Assembly: GCA_965248445.1 (NCBI GenBank)
Contig: CBDFJG010000004.1
Location: forward strand, 1,024,001-1,088,000
DNA: 64,000 bases
Origin: Planctomycetota bacterium
GTDB taxonomy: Bacteria > Planctomycetota > JAJSAM01 > JAJVHW01
Direction: 5' to 3'
Every line of letters starts with the position of its first letter. Positions within the stretch are counted from its first letter, which is position 1. Shown piece by piece: positions 30,301 to 38,013 of this stretch. Under the pieces are notes generated by a model that searched no databases, was not told the DNA's origin, and saw nothing but the letters and a program-made list of their open reading frames with translations. Position numbers and translations under genes: made by a program.

Positions 30301-30763
30301 GTGGATCGGCGAAGAGCGCACGGAGAGAGACCGGATGTTCACCGGTCTGGTCGTCATGTCGGCGCGCCTGCACGCGGCCGGCGACTCGGCGCGCGCAGCG
30401 AAGCTGGCAACTCTGGCTGCCGAGACCGCGGAAGGCGACGGCAATCGCTCTCTCTGGATGGTCGATTTGCATCGTCGCCGGGGGGACGAAGCGAGTGCCC
30501 GGAAGCTCGAGGACGGATTGGTCTCCGGCGGCGGGCTCTACGTGCACCGGCTCGCTGGAATCCTCGACCGCGTGGCGCAGGAGGAAGGCGTCGATACCGC
30601 ACTCGAGCGGGCCGACTCGATTCTCGAGTGGAGCGGCAACAAGACCGTTCGCGAGGCCATCCAGGAACTCGCGCGAAAGGCCGGCCGGGACGAGCACGTC
30701 TTGCGGCTGGAGGCGCAGGCCACGGAGTACGAGAGCGCCAAGAAAGCGCTCGAAGCCAAGTAG
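24338..30763 (+). CDS. Very large secreted TPR/alpha-solenoid protein (~2140 aa)
   Basis: GTGA overlap, signal peptide VRGARAVLLALALAVPAMARA, many TPR-like helix pairs, strong GC3 bias in this frame. Confidence 0.88.
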   Translation: MRGARAVLLALALAVPAMARAADAEKPELDASVHAALAAAREDPTSAAAIAGLVDACVTAHGDVGPLVDELTRLLGDESIASGDRKSTELVQLDVLHRRGDIRQARKLADQMIKEDDDPALALRRARLLDALGRGKLAKTAYEEVLPRLTDDEQITTVRLRLALLNREELGGGASSGTRRSGMMIIMSSGGSVRGGANKRLSRPPPESGAALAEFADRDGLDVALRNRAAAVLGMLGHPDRAADLLVPTGDARNRFRQAIRRAEWAVSARSWDRAKELAWAALDAARFRRDRVYALSVLVEAHRGGGALQELVDRFAAMETVKDDVRRTWIDALREIGNVKEALRLFRQSTGGSFTAPMRRELLELCRQSGDDAVLRDAYDELVDAEPARVEWREGLARFHLERGDREAAAAAFRDRAPDPEDATYRLAAAGATSSLGLHDLAMELLERCVEDGDGRYEALIFQSDLHRRRGDFKESEAALDRMDEMAPPDEAARMQLSDAFEQLGRLDRAVEVIEKVVESRGADSAGEDLSMRLAWLHSELGNEEDALVAWRELWERVDSIARRRYVEDRLMTVASRLGTLADIVVELEERLAAGDADPRASGLLIRIYTRVADAVSAAEVIDEFMKLTGGDEIKALNEKSFVYLACTDYRNYEATIEELLERDPENTGEYLQQLAMSKLERGRLDQARGVLERLRKVEDPGVGAEFEAGVLAMAGLRKEAAHAYRRAVVGRPDHIDVYLLLGKTLKELGQQERAVGMFQYLVEHAERDDLFTIAVDGLLNLEAPPHVLKWARRVTYERLASRHDKTYLYQLVADLSEELNDFDSMIRAHAASLPIAGERRTSLLRELMDLCGQQNYQSLRLRYGRRLLGTDEVVPPQVYLDLGEAFLGAGDAAGAAKTFARAADLPDQGGFQRKVADSFQRRRYLTRALDVYRRVLVGEADDVAVLVKVAELCEQLGTDEEAHDTWGRIVDLLLRRRPLSVVKGKEEEVDDRNPWAAWYAKNVDAFDEHFDSAAAGLLATLPDDAAGLALAAAAATDVRADLARLAAEAPDDAEAEITLDTYPRVRDRAAFVRRVATACGDPAVADDLDLALLAALRDDEKLLETLCRGRLEQGLIASARRLVKESVQPEERKAALRYLVGLGSSEAAPGRVPVKEAVGLLLPLLRDGKTDQLVTLLRQVDIDAAGKDELDAFAPLLWTSILLEDVDLTLRMGRRWVRVAAKHAPQHEVTGIVDLILSRTSRLLNTAQHRSLADALITHIADDPEKNSGLVSALPGIQERFEEPLLTTEQALEFIAAMAEKRSWGMGAVLSLIEENEALSALRTAVDKTPENQRAVVMPQLIGGLEIAADEDLAAFAVATFERSLDDVQDEWYLRYLLQNSPVQNGENLPIFLRFAEVLVEKKPEIEQNSVALAQTLHALGRTDEALDIAAEQYRKLARAGTQDWQKNSARSMLTMTFLPDHRDRFEAVLDDMEEQEGKDAILALRRIELFQSGATRLQMLDALRTAHEKHPKDEQIRTRYVQQLRSVGRRRHVIGVLGAALEREPSNRQLEQQIVSEWRSMDHPVKALAEQERFAAAHADGDEDELAPRGPDERAPLPTISEMKKALEAGDEETVRTIYRRMWRQFGTNSRFISMYRTNRIENMWWPVARTQDGPPPRGGLEGFDDLRETEPFVRTSAHDVLAEHEFGRDELRRIVRTLEGRDVDTVPSVHKALVTSSAKGDTAGAVARLVNLVRSGKGGRIENALLLELLAEHPESAGADAREVLDELTANVSPDDGAAIRRLARIHAKLGDAGGAKRLYRYCAHLSTAGYSWGVQRYVPIQARELVDDVLENVTGEALAEVLDTLMRTADPGPKHWGRDGFEMLVLDTWEKAFDADTALRRGAHIVENVRDTEHAYKRGTARAAAYLLARAGRTDEAMACLEFAICRPEETAESLTLPAWERQRRFMGITLNTNDVRRMFPAPGGDWQPSPAWLSRSADALAQWIGEERTERDRMFTGLVVMSARLHAAGDSARAAKLATLAAETAEGDGNRSLWMVDLHRRRGDEASARKLEDGLVSGGGLYVHRLAGILDRVAQEEGVDTALERADSILEWSGNKTVREAIQELARKAGRDEHVLRLEAQATEYESAKKALEAK

Positions 30764-30764
30764 G

Positions 30765-30785
30765 GGCGGGGTTCCACCCCCGCCC
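30765..30785 (+). terminator. GC-rich hairpin immediately after the TPR gene stop
   Basis: GGGCGGGGT-tcc-ACCCCCGCCC; no U-tract. Confidence 0.35.
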
Positions 30786-30909
30786 GTGCATCGTGCGCGC
30801 CAGCCCACCGGTTGACAGAGCGCCCTCGACTAGCCGCTGCGCTCAACGTGAGGGCCGACCGGGTGGCGCGTGAACATGAAGATCACGTTCGTCCTCGACT
30901 AGCCCGGAC

Positions 30910-32001
30910 AGGGGATCCCCTCTTCACTCAGGTCAGGCTGCGGCGGCGAGTGGCGTGCGCGCATCGGTTCGCCCAACGATCTCCCAGTGGAAGGGAGGGC
31001 ATCGCCGCACGGCGCAGGCGAGTAGTCGTTGGAACAGCAGTCCACGTCGCTTCGATGTGCGTCGGTTGAACCGGAACTCGAACTCCGCCAGGTAGCTGGG
31101 GAGGTACTTGCGTCGCACGCCGCCCTGGAACGTGCCCAAGAGCACGCGATGGAGCAGCGAGAAGACGCGGTGGATCGCAGGTAGCACAACGTGTGCCTCG
31201 TCGTCGGACTTCGACACGTTGGTCGGTCGATGGTCGTGCTCCAAGTCGTCAGCCGGCTTTCGATAGCTACGCCAGTCGTCGGTGAACAGCACTGAGCGTG
31301 CGGCGACGTGCTGCTCGAGGAACGCCTTGACCGTGTCAGCCGAACCATCGGCGATGGATTCGAGACGGATGCGACCGATGAGGGCGTGACGCGGTGAGAT
31401 CTCGACGGCTCCCATGACCAGCGCGCTGCGGTCGCCGACCTTGGGACGCCCCGGCCGGCCATGTCGCAGTCCGCCTTCCCAGGTCTCGTCGATCTCGAGG
31501 TGTCCGCGCAGCGGCGCGGTGGATCGCATCGCGATGGCGTTTCGCAACTTGTGCAGCCATGTCCAAGCGGTCTGGTACTTGGCCAGTCCAAGCTCGCGCT
31601 GCAGCTCGAGTGCGGAGATGCCTCGCTTGCTCGACACGAACAGATACATGGCCAGGAACCACAGCCGTAGCGGCTTGCGAGACCCGTGCATGACGGTGCC
31701 GGCGGTGAGCGAAACCTGCTTGTGGCAGGCACAACACTCGTCGAGCCGGCGTGACGGCAGGAACCACGCCTCCTCGCCGCCGCACGCTGGACAGCGGAAG
31801 CCGCCCTCGCCGTACTTCCACCGGCGCAGCAGGGCTGCACACCGATCTTCGTCGGAGAACCTCACGACAAACTCGGCGAGTGTGCCCGGCAGCGAGTCGT
31901 CGCGCGCAAAGGGGATCATGGCACCGGTCATCACACCTCCTTGTAAGTGCGATGTTAGTCACCCGATCGGGCGCTCAACCTGAGCGAAGGGGGGAGCCCC
32001 T
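30910..32001 (-). mobile_element. Complete IS1595-family insertion sequence (1092 bp)
   Basis: 23-bp TIRs AGGGGATCCCCTCTTCACTCAGG / AGGGGCTCCCCCCTTCGCTCAGG (3 mismatches); 8-bp direct repeat GCCCGGAC at 30902-30909 and 32002-32009. Confidence 0.9.
30933..31931 (-). CDS. IS1595 family transposase (ISXO2-like DDE with Zn ribbon)
   Basis: CPAC..CCAC Zn ribbon, SLTAGT, EIDET, FTDDW, YLAEFEFRFNRR. Confidence 0.95.
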   Translation of the reverse strand: MTGAMIPFARDDSLPGTLAEFVVRFSDEDRCAALLRRWKYGEGGFRCPACGGEEAWFLPSRRLDECCACHKQVSLTAGTVMHGSRKPLRLWFLAMYLFVSSKRGISALELQRELGLAKYQTAWTWLHKLRNAIAMRSTAPLRGHLEIDETWEGGLRHGRPGRPKVGDRSALVMGAVEISPRHALIGRIRLESIADGSADTVKAFLEQHVAARSVLFTDDWRSYRKPADDLEHDHRPTNVSKSDDEAHVVLPAIHRVFSLLHRVLLGTFQGGVRRKYLPSYLAEFEFRFNRRTSKRRGLLFQRLLACAVRRCPPFHWEIVGRTDARTPLAAAA

Positions 32002-32020
32002 GCCCGGACTAGCGTCCGAC

Positions 32021-32812
32021 TCAGACGTGTTGCGCGCGCGCCTCGATCGTCAGGCCGTCCTTCAGGCGCATCGCGGTCAGACAACGACCCCACACGCAGC
32101 CCGTGTCCAGTCCGAGCACGCCGTTCTCCTCGTACAGGCCGAGCGCGGCCCAGTGCCCGAAGACGACAGTCACTTCGCGGCTCTTGCGCTTGCGTACGCT
32201 GAACCACGGTTGCAGTCCGCGCGGCGCTTCGTGCGGCGGTCCTGTGAACTCGTCGTCGCCGGTGCCGTCCGCGCGCACGCAGCGGACGCGCGTCGTCCAG
32301 AAAAGGGTGTCGACAGCGCGTGCGAGATCCGGATCGCGCGGCACCGGGCCTCCTGGACGGTAGTAACCGAGCAGTCGCACCGCTTCGTCTGTACGCAGGA
32401 GGTCCTCTGCGTCCCGAGCCCGCTCCTCCGCCTCGTGAACGGTCCAGCGAGGGTCGAGTCCCGCGTGGACGAGCAGTCGCTTCTTTTTCCTGTGCACGAG
32501 GGGGCGGTGGCGTAGCCACTCGATCATGTCGTTGCGCTTCTTCGAGGCGAGGACGTCGCCGAACGTCGCACGGCGGGATCGGCGGACGTCGAGCGCGCAC
32601 GCGATCAGGTGCAGATCGTGATTGCCGAGCACCGTCGTCGCTGCATCGCCGAGTCCGCGCACGATCTCGAGCACGCGCAAGGACGCGGGGCCCCGGTTGA
32701 CGAGGTCGCCGACGAACCAGAGCTTGTCCTTCGTCCTGAGCTCCAGTGCCTCGAGCAGCGTCTCCAACTCGTCGGCGCAGCCGTGCACGTCACCGATCGC
32801 GTAGATCGCCAT
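32021..32812 (-). CDS. apaH: Symmetrical bis(5'-nucleosyl)-tetraphosphatase
   Basis: YAIGDVHGC, GDLVNRGP, LGNHDLHL, VHAG, FGHWAALG, LDTGCVWG. Confidence 0.95.
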   Translation of the reverse strand: MAIYAIGDVHGCADELETLLEALELRTKDKLWFVGDLVNRGPASLRVLEIVRGLGDAATTVLGNHDLHLIACALDVRRSRRATFGDVLASKKRNDMIEWLRHRPLVHRKKKRLLVHAGLDPRWTVHEAEERARDAEDLLRTDEAVRLLGYYRPGGPVPRDPDLARAVDTLFWTTRVRCVRADGTGDDEFTGPPHEAPRGLQPWFSVRKRKSREVTVVFGHWAALGLYEENGVLGLDTGCVWGRCLTAMRLKDGLTIEARAQHV

Positions 32813-32816
32813 GGGC

Positions 32817-35030
32817 CTACTCTGCCGTGATCTCCGTGAAGTCCGGCATCCAGACCGGGAGATTGCCGATCGTCTCGTCCTTCATCAACGCGTCTCCGAG
32901 CGGCCAGCCCCACTTCCTGAAGTACGGCCGGAGGTCGTGCTTCACCGCCGCGGAGAGTCGCAGGGCGAACTGGTCGATGCGCTCGGCATCGGTCTTCGGC
33001 CACTTCGCTTCGCCGAGTGCCTCGTAGTCCGCGAACACCTTACGGATCTGCTCCCAGCCGAACGTCTTGACGAACTGCGCGTACGTGACGAGGGCGATAC
33101 CCGGACTCGACTTCCACTTCCTGAACGGTGCACCCGCCTCGACGTGCTTCGCCGCCTTCGCCTTCTGGTTCCCGAGCCACGAGTGATCCCACGAGGGGAT
33201 GCCGACCACCTTCTCGTGCGAGTACAGGCTGAACAGGTTGCACGTGACCTCGCCCGTCCCGCCAAACGTCCACGCCTTGCGCTGGCGGTTGTGTCCGAGT
33301 TCGTGGAAGAACCCCCAACCGCCCTCCTTCTGCAGGCGCTCGACGTCGATCATGTGGGGGAGCCTCTCACCCTTCGCCTCGACGACATCGAGGTGCGTCA
33401 TGATCGGGTAGCCCGAGTGCATGTAACCGGCGCTGATCTGCACGTCCGGGCAGAAGCGTTCGCGGCGCACCGGGACGGGGGTCATGCCCAGTTCGCAATG
33501 GGAGACCAGGACGGAATCCCACCACGCGAGCAGCGGCGCCGGGTCATCGAGGCGCCGCGCCACGCCACTCGGAACCGTGAGCACCATGTGCCGGCCTTCC
33601 AGCTCTGCCCACGGTGCCGGCGCCTTGCGCGCCACCTTCCATGACTTCACGTCGTCCTGGCCGAGGACGAAGCGTGGAGCGCGCACCGCGCCCGCGACGG
33701 AGACCGTGACCGGCCCCGCCTCGCCGCCGACGGCCTCGAAGTACACGGCGCCGCCGAACGGAGATGCGACGGTCGTCGTGCCCGCGAGATCCGTCGTGCG
33801 CGACACTTCCGGCCAGCGCTTCCACACGTCCTTGTTCCACAGCCGGTCGGAGTGTGCACCGATGCGCACGCGCCAGTCCCGCGCGGCGATGCGACGTGTG
33901 TTGGTTGAGGTGCGCCGGATCGTCAGCATCTCCCCAGGCGCAGCGTACAGGCCCGTGACGATGCGGCCCTTGACCGCGGGGTCCAGCGTGATCTCGACCG
34001 TCACGCGCTCGGCCTTTCTCGCCACGGCGCCGGGGAACTCCTCTGCGCCGGGCGCCGCGGGGATGTCGGCCGCGTGCGCGCGGCTCCACACGTCGAGGCG
34101 GTGCGCCACGGCGAGGCGGGCGAGCGGTCGCTTGCGTGAGAGAGGCTTCGAGGGACGCGGGAATGCGTTGTTCTTCACGCGGCGGACCGCCTTCTCGACG
34201 GCGGGGCGGAACACATCGTCGTCCGCCGGCAGGCTGCGGATCGCCTTCTCGATCAGGTGCACGCTGGCCGACGCCCCCTTGCCGCCCGAGACGACGCTTG
34301 CGAGCGCGCGCCCGGCGTGGGCGTCCTGGGGCCGGGATTTCGCAATGGCGAAGCGGCCGTTCTGGTTCGCGTCCGCGGTGCCGAGCGCGAAGACGAGGCC
34401 CATCGGACGCAAGACGTGGTTCTCGGGCAGGTCGTCGACGAGCGTCTTGCCGTCACGTCCGCGGATCTGCTCCCAGCCCCACGGACACTGCGCCGTGATC
34501 AGGCCGCCCCCCGCCGCGACGTACGCGGAGATTCGCGCTTCGTCTTTCGGCGTCGTGCCGCGGGCGCTGTGCCAGATCACGACGTGCGGGCGCTTCGGTC
34601 CGATGAGCAGATCCGGCGGCACGACGTCGTGGCCCATGGTCACGAGCGACTTCGCCAGGCGGTCGGGCGCACCGTCGAGTGCGACCCGCAACCTCTTCTC
34701 CCGGCCCGCGGCCCAGTGCAGCGCGTTGTCGAGCAGCACGCGCCAGGGATCGTCCTTGGCCGCGCCCGGCTTCACGCCGAAGTATCCCGAGTGCGCGAAC
34801 GCGACGACGCGCCCCTTCTCGTGCTCCGCCACGGCGATCACCGGCTCCGCGCGGTCGTTCGCGGTCAGTACCGCCTCCGCGTCCGTGCCGAACACGGAGA
34901 GCACTCCGGGCACACCGGGACGAGGGACGGTCTCGAGGTCCTGCAGGATGCGCTTCACCGGATCTCGCTCGGCGGCCGACGCAGTCGTGCCGAGTGCGAG
35001 GACGGCGACGAGCACGAGTGCGTAACGCAT
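32817..35030 (-). CDS. Secreted M60-like (enhancin/TCAF-type) zinc metallopeptidase
   Basis: Signal peptide MRYALVLVAVLALG; TGLYAAPGE, SPFGG, APWAEL, DVQISAGYMHSGYP, WGFFHELGHN...EVTCN. Confidence 0.92.
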   Translation of the reverse strand: MRYALVLVAVLALGTTASAAERDPVKRILQDLETVPRPGVPGVLSVFGTDAEAVLTANDRAEPVIAVAEHEKGRVVAFAHSGYFGVKPGAAKDDPWRVLLDNALHWAAGREKRLRVALDGAPDRLAKSLVTMGHDVVPPDLLIGPKRPHVVIWHSARGTTPKDEARISAYVAAGGGLITAQCPWGWEQIRGRDGKTLVDDLPENHVLRPMGLVFALGTADANQNGRFAIAKSRPQDAHAGRALASVVSGGKGASASVHLIEKAIRSLPADDDVFRPAVEKAVRRVKNNAFPRPSKPLSRKRPLARLAVAHRLDVWSRAHAADIPAAPGAEEFPGAVARKAERVTVEITLDPAVKGRIVTGLYAAPGEMLTIRRTSTNTRRIAARDWRVRIGAHSDRLWNKDVWKRWPEVSRTTDLAGTTTVASPFGGAVYFEAVGGEAGPVTVSVAGAVRAPRFVLGQDDVKSWKVARKAPAPWAELEGRHMVLTVPSGVARRLDDPAPLLAWWDSVLVSHCELGMTPVPVRRERFCPDVQISAGYMHSGYPIMTHLDVVEAKGERLPHMIDVERLQKEGGWGFFHELGHNRQRKAWTFGGTGEVTCNLFSLYSHEKVVGIPSWDHSWLGNQKAKAAKHVEAGAPFRKWKSSPGIALVTYAQFVKTFGWEQIRKVFADYEALGEAKWPKTDAERIDQFALRLSAAVKHDLRPYFRKWGWPLGDALMKDETIGNLPVWMPDFTEITAE

Positions 35031-36010
35031 CAGAAGTCGCGTCGTCGGAAGACGAGGTAGCCGAGAGCCAGAGTGACAAGCGTCCAGACGCCGCCGGTGA
35101 CGAACACCTCCCAGTCGATGAACGGCATCGTCAGCACCGAGGTGACCGCAGCGCCGTTGATCAGCGAGAAGTTGGGGATCAGCCGCCGGGCCCACGTGGC
35201 CATGGAAGCGACCGTTCCGCCGGTTTCGATCATCCCCATGTCGATCAGCGAGATCACCGTTCCGAGCGCCGTGTCGATCACCATGTAGTAGACGTATCCG
35301 AGGACCGTCGTTAGGACGGAGCTGCGCGAGAGCATCCCCAGGAACGCCAGGAACGCGTAGAGCACGGCGGCGGCGAACATCTCGAATCCGAGAGCCATGA
35401 ACAGTCGCGCGTGCCACACGCCCGTACGCGCCCCGATGCCGACGTAGATGAGGACGTGGCACGCCAGCATCGCCACGAAGAACAGAGCAAGACCGCCGAT
35501 GTACTTGCCCAGGAAGATGCTGAGCCGTGACGTCGGTTTGGACACCACGGCGTCTACGGCCCCTTCCCGCATCATCCGCGGGAAGTACCCGGCGCACGCC
35601 GCGATGAACGCGAGCATGCTGATCGTGAAGAACGCGGATACGCAGAGCTGCAGCCACGCCTGCACGCTCTGCTCGTAGGGCGTTGTGTCGATCTCGTCCT
35701 CGAGTTCGGCGCGGCGGCTCTCGGCCCAGCGCATGAAGCGCCCCGACCCCGGCTTGCCCATCTGGACGTCCTCCTCGGCGGCCAGGTTGGTCATGTAGTT
35801 CTGCCACCACATCTCGGAGAAGAAGTCGTTCGGCTCGTCGGAGAAGACGGTGCCGAAACCGGGTTCGTCGCCGATCTGGGGCTCGAACGTCTGCGGCAGC
35901 GCGACCGTGATGATGCTGAGCAAGACGAGCATCGCGATCAGCAGGATGAACACGATCTGACGCTTCGACTCGTGCCACGTGTCGTAGACGACCGCGAGGA
36001 GGGCCCTCAT
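35030..36010 (-). CDS. ABC-2 type transporter permease
   Basis: Multiple TMs, SKPTSRLSIFLGKYIG, C-terminal FRRRDF. Confidence 0.88.
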   Translation of the reverse strand: MRALLAVVYDTWHESKRQIVFILLIAMLVLLSIITVALPQTFEPQIGDEPGFGTVFSDEPNDFFSEMWWQNYMTNLAAEEDVQMGKPGSGRFMRWAESRRAELEDEIDTTPYEQSVQAWLQLCVSAFFTISMLAFIAACAGYFPRMMREGAVDAVVSKPTSRLSIFLGKYIGGLALFFVAMLACHVLIYVGIGARTGVWHARLFMALGFEMFAAAVLYAFLAFLGMLSRSSVLTTVLGYVYYMVIDTALGTVISLIDMGMIETGGTVASMATWARRLIPNFSLINGAAVTSVLTMPFIDWEVFVTGGVWTLVTLALGYLVFRRRDF

Positions 36011-36963
36011 GCGTCGCCTCCGTCCGCGCCCTCGACGATCGCGACGAATGCGTCCTCGAGGCTCACGCGGCGCGGCTCGACCGCGTGGATGGCGACACCG
36101 GCCGCTCGCAGCCGGTCGATCAGCGGCGTGACCTCTTCGGTCGCGAGGTGCAGCGTGAATCCCACCACCGGCTTGCCGTCCTTCGAGACTACTCCGAGCG
36201 AGGACGCCAACTCGGCCGGCACCGGTCCCGTGCGGAATCTCACCTCGCTCTTCGCGCGACGCGCGCTGATCAGCTCGCGCACTTCCTCGACGCTGCCGTC
36301 GTGCAGCAGCTTCCCCTCGTGCAGGATCGCCACCTCGTCGCACATCAGTTCCAGCTCGGCGAGCTGGTGCGAGTTGACGAACATCGTGACGCCGCCCTTG
36401 ACCGCGGTGCGCACGATGTCACGCACGTCCTTGCGGCCGACCGGGTCCACACCGTCGGTCGGTTCGTCGAGGAACACGAGCCGCGGACTCCCCAGTAGCG
36501 CTTGCGCGAGTCCGATGCGCTGCTTCATCCCCTTCGAGTACTTGGTGATGCGGTCGTCGGCGCGCTCGGTCATGCTGACCAGTTCAAGCTTCGCGCGGAT
36601 CTCGGACTCGAGTTCCTCGGGGTTCAACCCGGCGAGCCGTCCCATGTAGCGGCAGACGCCGCGTCCGGTCAGATGGGGCGGAAACGCGTGCCCCTCGGCC
36701 AGGTACCCGACGTCGCGGCGGGCCTCGGTGGATCGGATGTCCTGTCCGAGCAAGGTCGCGCTACCCGATGTCGGCAAGACGATCGACAGGAGCGTCTTGA
36801 CCAGCGTCGACTTTCCGGCGCCGTTCGGTCCGAGTAGCCCGAAGCAGACCCCGCGGGGGACCGAGATGTCCACGCTGTCGAGCGCCAGGATGCCTCTCCC
36901 GCGTCCGAGGAGTCCGTCGCGGTAGCGCTTGGTCAGGCCCCGGGTCTCGATCGCCAGCTCCAA
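36007..36963 (-). CDS. ABC transporter ATP-binding protein
   Basis: GPNGAGKST, YSKGMKQR, LDEPTDGVDP; TTG start chosen after GGAGG (start uncertain). Confidence 0.93.
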   Translation of the reverse strand: MELAIETRGLTKRYRDGLLGRGRGILALDSVDISVPRGVCFGLLGPNGAGKSTLVKTLLSIVLPTSGSATLLGQDIRSTEARRDVGYLAEGHAFPPHLTGRGVCRYMGRLAGLNPEELESEIRAKLELVSMTERADDRITKYSKGMKQRIGLAQALLGSPRLVFLDEPTDGVDPVGRKDVRDIVRTAVKGGVTMFVNSHQLAELELMCDEVAILHEGKLLHDGSVEEVRELISARRAKSEVRFRTGPVPAELASSLGVVSKDGKPVVGFTLHLATEEVTPLIDRLRAAGVAIHAVEPRRVSLEDAFVAIVEGADGGDA

Positions 36964-37102
36964 CGCAGCCTCCGCTTCGGCGCCTGTCTCGGTGGGCTCC
37001 CACAAGCCCGCCGAATTGTACGCAGGCGTCCAGGCTCTCATGCGCGCTGCCCGGCCGAGCCGATGCGGAATCAGGCTCGTCTTGTTGGGAGGGACCGATT
37101 CG

Positions 37103-37918
37103 ATGCAGGCAGAGCGCCCACCGTCCATATCCGGATCCACGAACACGGACGCCGCGCCGTCGGTGGCGTACTTCCGTTCTCACGGCGTCCGCATCGGGAT
37201 TGCGGCGTCGGATGACCTCACGGCGTCGTTCCTCCTCGGCGCACTGCCTCCGCGCAGCACGCCGGCCGCCCGCGGCCACGCCGACCGTCAGTACGAACTG
37301 CACCGTGATGCCCCGGACGCATTCCGTCTGCTGGCCGACGGCGAGACACTCCTGCGCGGCGCGCCGCTCGCCGAGGTCGTTCGCAAGTTCGCACGCGACG
37401 TCGATCGCGCCGTCGCCGCTCGCGCGTCGCACGTCGTTCTCTCGCTCGGGTACGCGGTCGAGTGGCAGGGTCGCGCAATCGTCATTCCCGGCGATGCGCG
37501 CACGGGCGCGCCCGAGATCGTCGCGGCGATGCTCCGCAGTGGTGCGCGGTTGCTTGCGGCGCGATGGGTACCGCTCGACGATGCCGGGATCGTGCACCAA
37601 CATGCGCGCCGGCTGCCGCTCGCCGAAGCGGACGGAACCGTCGTCATGCGCTCTGCCGAGGAACTCGGTGCCGAACGCACGACGACGCCGGTTCCGCTCG
37701 GCCGCGTGATCCTGACTTCGCAGCGAGACGGAGCTGAGTTCTCACTCCGTCCGGTCGACTCCGCCGACGCCGTTCGCACGCTCCTGGCCCGGTCGCCGCG
37801 CGCGATGCGCGAGCACGACGAGGTTGTGCACACGCTGCGCCAGGCCCTCGCGAACGCCGAGGTGTCCGGCAGCGCACACGACAAGCCGGCAGACGTCGCA
37901 GCCGCGCTACTCGGCTAG
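37103..37918 (+). CDS. HPr-kinase-related fold protein with a degenerate P-loop
   Basis: RBS GGGAGG; AVEWQGRAIVIPGDARTGAPEIVAAMLRSGA resembles the HprK-related Walker A region but lacks GK[ST]. Confidence 0.55.
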   Translation: MQAERPPSISGSTNTDAAPSVAYFRSHGVRIGIAASDDLTASFLLGALPPRSTPAARGHADRQYELHRDAPDAFRLLADGETLLRGAPLAEVVRKFARDVDRAVAARASHVVLSLGYAVEWQGRAIVIPGDARTGAPEIVAAMLRSGARLLAARWVPLDDAGIVHQHARRLPLAEADGTVVMRSAEELGAERTTTPVPLGRVILTSQRDGAEFSLRPVDSADAVRTLLARSPRAMREHDEVVHTLRQALANAEVSGSAHDKPADVAAALLG

Positions 37919-38013
37919 CCCGCATCGTTCCGGGAGTCAGCCCACCTCGCTCGAAGTCCGCCTGAGCGCTGAGATTCACTTCGATCCCGCGCAACCGTGG
38001 TGAACGAAGCGGG
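37919..38013. mobile_element. 95-bp MITE-like element with IS1380-type ends
   Basis: Ends CCCGCATCGTTC / CCCGCTTCGTTCACCA (reverse complement) resemble the IS1380 left end CCCGAATCGTTCACCA at 56759; flanked by CTAG/CTAC. Confidence 0.7.

Noticed and set aside
30899..32012. Reading IS1595 as having 34-bp IRs with a CTAG duplication
   Set aside because: An exact 8-bp direct repeat (GCCCGGAC) with 23-bp IRs fits the family better. The extra symmetry comes from a palindromic target.
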